Assembly: GCA_964422025.1 (NCBI GenBank)
Contig: CAYQYZ010000007.1
Span: forward strand, 458 to 64,457
Direction: 5' to 3'
Source of the DNA: an uncultured Gammaproteobacteria bacterium
GTDB lineage: Bacteria; Patescibacteriota; Microgenomatia; UBA1406; HO2-37-13b
Length of the DNA stretch: 64,000 bases
Shown here in pieces: positions 61,250-64,000 of this stretch; position 1 is the stretch's first letter, and each line of letters opens with the position of its first letter. The notes under the pieces are model-generated. The model did no database searches. It was not told the DNA's origin and saw only the letters and a list, made by a program, of their open reading frames with translations. The translations under genes were made by a program, and so were the position numbers.

Positions 61250-62275
61250 TTATTTCAAGTACGTATCAAAAAAATCAATCGATCTTTGCATGGCAGTATT
61301 AAAATTCGCTGCTAAATTATGATCATCACCTTGGTAGGTATAAAGTTCAACAGTTTTTCCTACGGCTTTCATTTGCTGCGCAAGTTTTTCTGAGAATTCA
61401 ACGGGCACCGATTCGTCTGCAGTTCCATGGTGCAATTGTAATGGTCCAGAAATGTCGCTCAAATATGAATTTGCCGAAATTGAATTCCAAAATTCGGGGT
61501 TTTTTTCTGGGGTACCATATTGTTGCGCTAACATAACTCTCCAGCTGCGGGATCCGGTAGGTTGAACGCGTGTCGGTCCATTACGTCGCCAATTATTTAA
61601 TAGATCCGGATATGAAGCAACAACACCGGCCCAAATAACACCGGCTTTGACATCCTTATTTGCAACCATGTTTCGAAGTGTTATGTATCCGCCCATTGAA
61701 TGTCCCCACATACCAATTTTTGCAGGGTTTGCATCGGGGAGTTTTTTTATTGAAGCCACAGCATTTAGTACGTCAATGGTGTAGCCATTCGATCCGTACG
61801 CTCCCGATGGTTGACCTTCTGATTTATCGTGCCCGCGATAATCGGACCGCAAAACAATGTATCCGTTTCGGGCAAAACCATCGACGTACGCAATGTAACG
61901 CTCAGTCGTTCGATATTCCGCTGGTGGAATATATCCGTGATTAAAAATAATAACAGGGAATCCCCCCGTCGGCTTTTCAGTTTTTGGAATAGTTAGAAGC
62001 GCCCGGATTTTTAATCCTTCTGATTGGTACGAAACAATTGAACGAGTATAATTTGAACCAGGTGTTAATGCCTCCTCAGTGACCAGTGGACTTCCAGGGT
62101 AGTTTCCTTTTTTGAGTACATCAATGGTAAGCGGATTTATGTCGATGGCGCCCATTTCATTATCGGCGCTATTTGCCATGTCGGTAGACAGGTTTGTGGG
62201 AGGGGACTTTCGAGCGTATGTGTAAATTCCGACGGCCGCAATTATTCCCAAAAAGATGAGAACAAACTTTTTCAT
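61250..62275 (-). CDS. alpha/beta hydrolase (S9 peptidase / dienelactone hydrolase-like), membrane anchored
   Basis: GHSMGG nucleophile elbow, HGTADESVP and a terminal DDH. Confidence 0.8.
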   Translation of the reverse strand: MKKFVLIFLGIIAAVGIYTYARKSPPTNLSTDMANSADNEMGAIDINPLTIDVLKKGNYPGSPLVTEEALTPGSNYTRSIVSYQSEGLKIRALLTIPKTEKPTGGFPVIIFNHGYIPPAEYRTTERYIAYVDGFARNGYIVLRSDYRGHDKSEGQPSGAYGSNGYTIDVLNAVASIKKLPDANPAKIGMWGHSMGGYITLRNMVANKDVKAGVIWAGVVASYPDLLNNWRRNGPTRVQPTGSRSWRVMLAQQYGTPEKNPEFWNSISANSYLSDISGPLQLHHGTADESVPVEFSEKLAQQMKAVGKTVELYTYQGDDHNLAANFNTAMQRSIDFFDTYLK

Positions 62276-63192
62276 ATTTTCTTCGGAAAAATTACTGAAA
62301 GAATCATGGAAGCTGCAAACGCTCCAACAATAATTAAAAGGGAAGTAATTGAAGAAATGTGAATGTTAAAAATTCCGGCAAGCATTTTTGCACCGATGAA
62401 AATAAGAATAAATGAAAGCCCTTTTTGTAAATGATGGAATTTGTGCAGCACGCTCTCAAGAAGGAAGAATAACGCCCGCAAACCCATAACTGCAAAAACA
62501 TTTGATGTAAAAATAATAAATGGATCCTGAGTAATTGCAAAAGCGGCAGGAATTGAATCGATTGCAAAAATGATATCAGTTGATTCCACTAACAATACAA
62601 TCATGAAAAGCGTCGTAAAAACACGTTTTCCGTTTTCGATTACCGTAAATCGGCCCGCATGCTCGACTGAAGAAAAGGGAAGGTATTTTTTTGCTGCTCG
62701 AAATACATGATTTTTTTCAAGATCAACGTGTTCTTCCTTTTTGTCGGCAAAGAGTTTAATTCCGGTATATACAAGGAGTGCTCCAAAAATGTACAGTACC
62801 CATGCGAATTGGCTAATAATGAGTCCACCAACTCCAATAAAAAGAGCTCGAAAACCTATTGCTCCCAAAATTCCCCAAAATAGTACCTTGTGATGGTATT
62901 TTTCTTCTAAATTGAAGAAATTAAAGATTAAGAGTATGACAAATAGATTGTCTACCGAAAGCATTTTTTCAGTAACGTAAGCGCTCATGAATTCTGCGGC
63001 GGCTTCTTTGCTCATGAATAGGAAAATGAGGAATGCAAATGCGAATGAAATTGCAACCCAAAAAAGAGATTGAATAAGTGCAGAACGGGGAGTAATTGCA
63101 ACAGCCTTTTTATTGAAGTAACCGAGGTCAAACACTAAAAAGGCGCCGATAATTATCGTAAAAAGTGCAAATAATTCAATTTGAATATCCAT
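62272..63192 (-). CDS. TerC family integral membrane protein
   Basis: About 8 TM helices with TerC-type LSVDNLFV and DSIPA motifs. Confidence 0.8.
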   Translation of the reverse strand: MDIQIELFALFTIIIGAFLVFDLGYFNKKAVAITPRSALIQSLFWVAISFAFAFLIFLFMSKEAAAEFMSAYVTEKMLSVDNLFVILLIFNFFNLEEKYHHKVLFWGILGAIGFRALFIGVGGLIISQFAWVLYIFGALLVYTGIKLFADKKEEHVDLEKNHVFRAAKKYLPFSSVEHAGRFTVIENGKRVFTTLFMIVLLVESTDIIFAIDSIPAAFAITQDPFIIFTSNVFAVMGLRALFFLLESVLHKFHHLQKGLSFILIFIGAKMLAGIFNIHISSITSLLIIVGAFAASMILSVIFPKKI

Positions 63193-63193
63193 G

Positions 63194-63529
63194 TTATTCT
63201 TGGACTTTCTTTAGTTGGTCATTTACCCATTCCAATTCTTCTTCCAAATATTTCTTTTTTGCTTCTAAATGCTCTTTGTCTGAACCGTATTCTTCATTGC
63301 TACAACAACCGTCGCTTCCGCAACCATCTTTTTCGTTGTCGTCACAGCAGCCTTTTTTAGAACCGCATTTTTCATCGTTGCAACAACCTTCTTTATCGTC
63401 ATGTTCACATTTGTCGTCGCAGTCGCATTTGCATCCGGTTTCCTTTGTGCATCCACAGCCTCCGTCCATACATGAACATTTTTTGTGTTCGTGTTTTTCG
63501 TCAGTGTCGTTATGTGAGTGATTATGCAT
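63194..63529 (-). CDS. Cys/His/Asp-rich metallothionein-like protein with C-terminal coiled coil
   Basis: 16 Cys in the first ~76 aa (CSC, CGC, CKCDC, three CC pairs) and 6 His in the first 15 aa. GGGGGA SD upstream. The stop lies 1 nt before the TerC ATG. Confidence 0.7.
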   Translation of the reverse strand: MHNHSHNDTDEKHEHKKCSCMDGGCGCTKETGCKCDCDDKCEHDDKEGCCNDEKCGSKKGCCDDNEKDGCGSDGCCSNEEYGSDKEHLEAKKKYLEEELEWVNDQLKKVQE

Positions 63530-63593
63530 AATAGTTTCCCCCTTTCAGAGTAATGGTACCATATTTTTGACTTCGCAGCAACCCTCTCTTTTT

Positions 63594-63662
63594 CAACCTG
63601 GAAGGTGTGCAGTGCCTGTTCAACCTTCGAGGTTGGTAGTGCGCATTCAACCTAAGAGGTTG
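63594..63662 (+). repeat. REP-like three-unit array (loops GGA, TCG, AAG; linkers GCAGTGCCTGTT, GTAGTGCGCATT)
   Basis: Hairpins lie at 63594..63608 (right arm degenerate), 63621..63635 and 63648..63662. Confidence 0.85.
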
Positions 63663-63664
63663 TT

Positions 63665-64000
63665 TTATTCGAGGAGTCTTTTCTTAAATTCATCCAATGT
63701 CCCATCGTTTTTCATTCGTAAAATATCCGTAACAAATTCGCTTCCCAAGAATTTTGGCCCCAAGACTATCTCAATAAACTCGTCAAACGTGCATTCGATA
63801 ATCTCGATTTGCTCTCCGACATCGAGCTTTTGTTCGCTTACCTTTTTACAATCTTTCGCAATGTAAATTGAAACATCCCAGTCGATTTTATGAAGCGGTT
63901 GGTATGTTTTATACTCTTCCCACGAATCGGACCGGAATCCTCCTTCTTCTAAAAGCTCTCGTTTTGCCGCAACCGAATACTCCTCATCTTTATCTACTCG
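63665..64000 (-). CDS. NUDIX hydrolase, 3' part (5' end beyond window)
   Basis: Minus-strand frame is open from nt 64000 to the TAA at 63665..63667. It encodes ...AAKRELLEEGGF (Nudix box end). Not in the ORF track because no start lies in the window. Confidence 0.7.
   Translation of the reverse strand, partial: RVDKDEEYSVAAKRELLEEGGFRSDSWEEYKTYQPLHKIDWDVSIYIAKDCKKVSEQKLDVGEQIEIIECTFDEFIEIVLGPKFLGSEFVTDILRMKNDGTLDEFKKRLLE

Noticed and set aside
63530-63593. Possible yybP-ykoY (Mn) riboswitch upstream of the TerC operon, as found before many TerC genes.
   Set aside because: Only about 65 nt separate the repeat array from the ATG, too short for the four-helix riboswitch. I could not find its conserved segments, and a plain promoter-like TTGCTG-N17-TACCAT plus an SD fit instead.
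63567-63866. Plus-strand ORF of 99 aa from the ORF track.
   Set aside because: It starts inside the REP-like array and is low-complexity. It lies antisense to a minus-strand frame encoding a clear Nudix box (AAKRELLEEGG) that runs to the window edge.

Overview
The window is a compact, roughly 40% GC (by eye) bacterial chromosome segment with about 75 protein genes, one tRNA and short intergenic regions. It uses the standard code: an RF2 gene is present, and TGA serves as a stop and in ATGA overlaps. Housekeeping genes include ychF, rdgB, obg, uppS, valS, rpmH-yidC-jag, ftsEX, prfB, tRNA-Tyr, nusA-infB, rmuC, dinB, a family-4 UDG and a DEAD-box helicase. Several features suggest a small-genome Patescibacteria/CPR-type organism, which is inference only: three TrbC/VirB2-type 'T4SS pilin'-like proteins, a DUF2298 'YYY' membrane protein, an archaeal-type ATP-dependent DNA ligase, and shortened IF-2, ValRS and Obg. 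The main non-standard observations are:

1. An intact HUH/Y1 (RAYT-like) transposase is bracketed by arrays of a 15-nt tri-loop hairpin, CAACCT-NNN-AGGTTG, joined by a GTAG-containing linker. This unit recurs at six intergenic sites and looks like a REP/RAYT system.
2. A cluster at 25.8-33.5 kb has no recognisable ATPase. It encodes an orphan 1269-aa tail-anchored protein, a Cys-rich pilin fusion, a polytopic VirB6-like membrane protein, an Ig-like protein and an M23-like protein. The two largest proteins both end in Gly/His tails.
3. A second repeat family consists of two ~86-nt hairpin elements with conserved ends.
4. A 16-Cys, His-rich metallothionein-like protein is translationally coupled to a TerC transporter.
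5. A leaderless promoter layout (TTGACA-N17/18-TAnnnT-N6/7-ATG) recurs widely. Several TTG 'starts' in the ORF track are actually -35 boxes.
6. An OmpR-type response regulator has Asn at the phospho-acceptor position.

All domain calls come from motifs read by eye. No database search was run.
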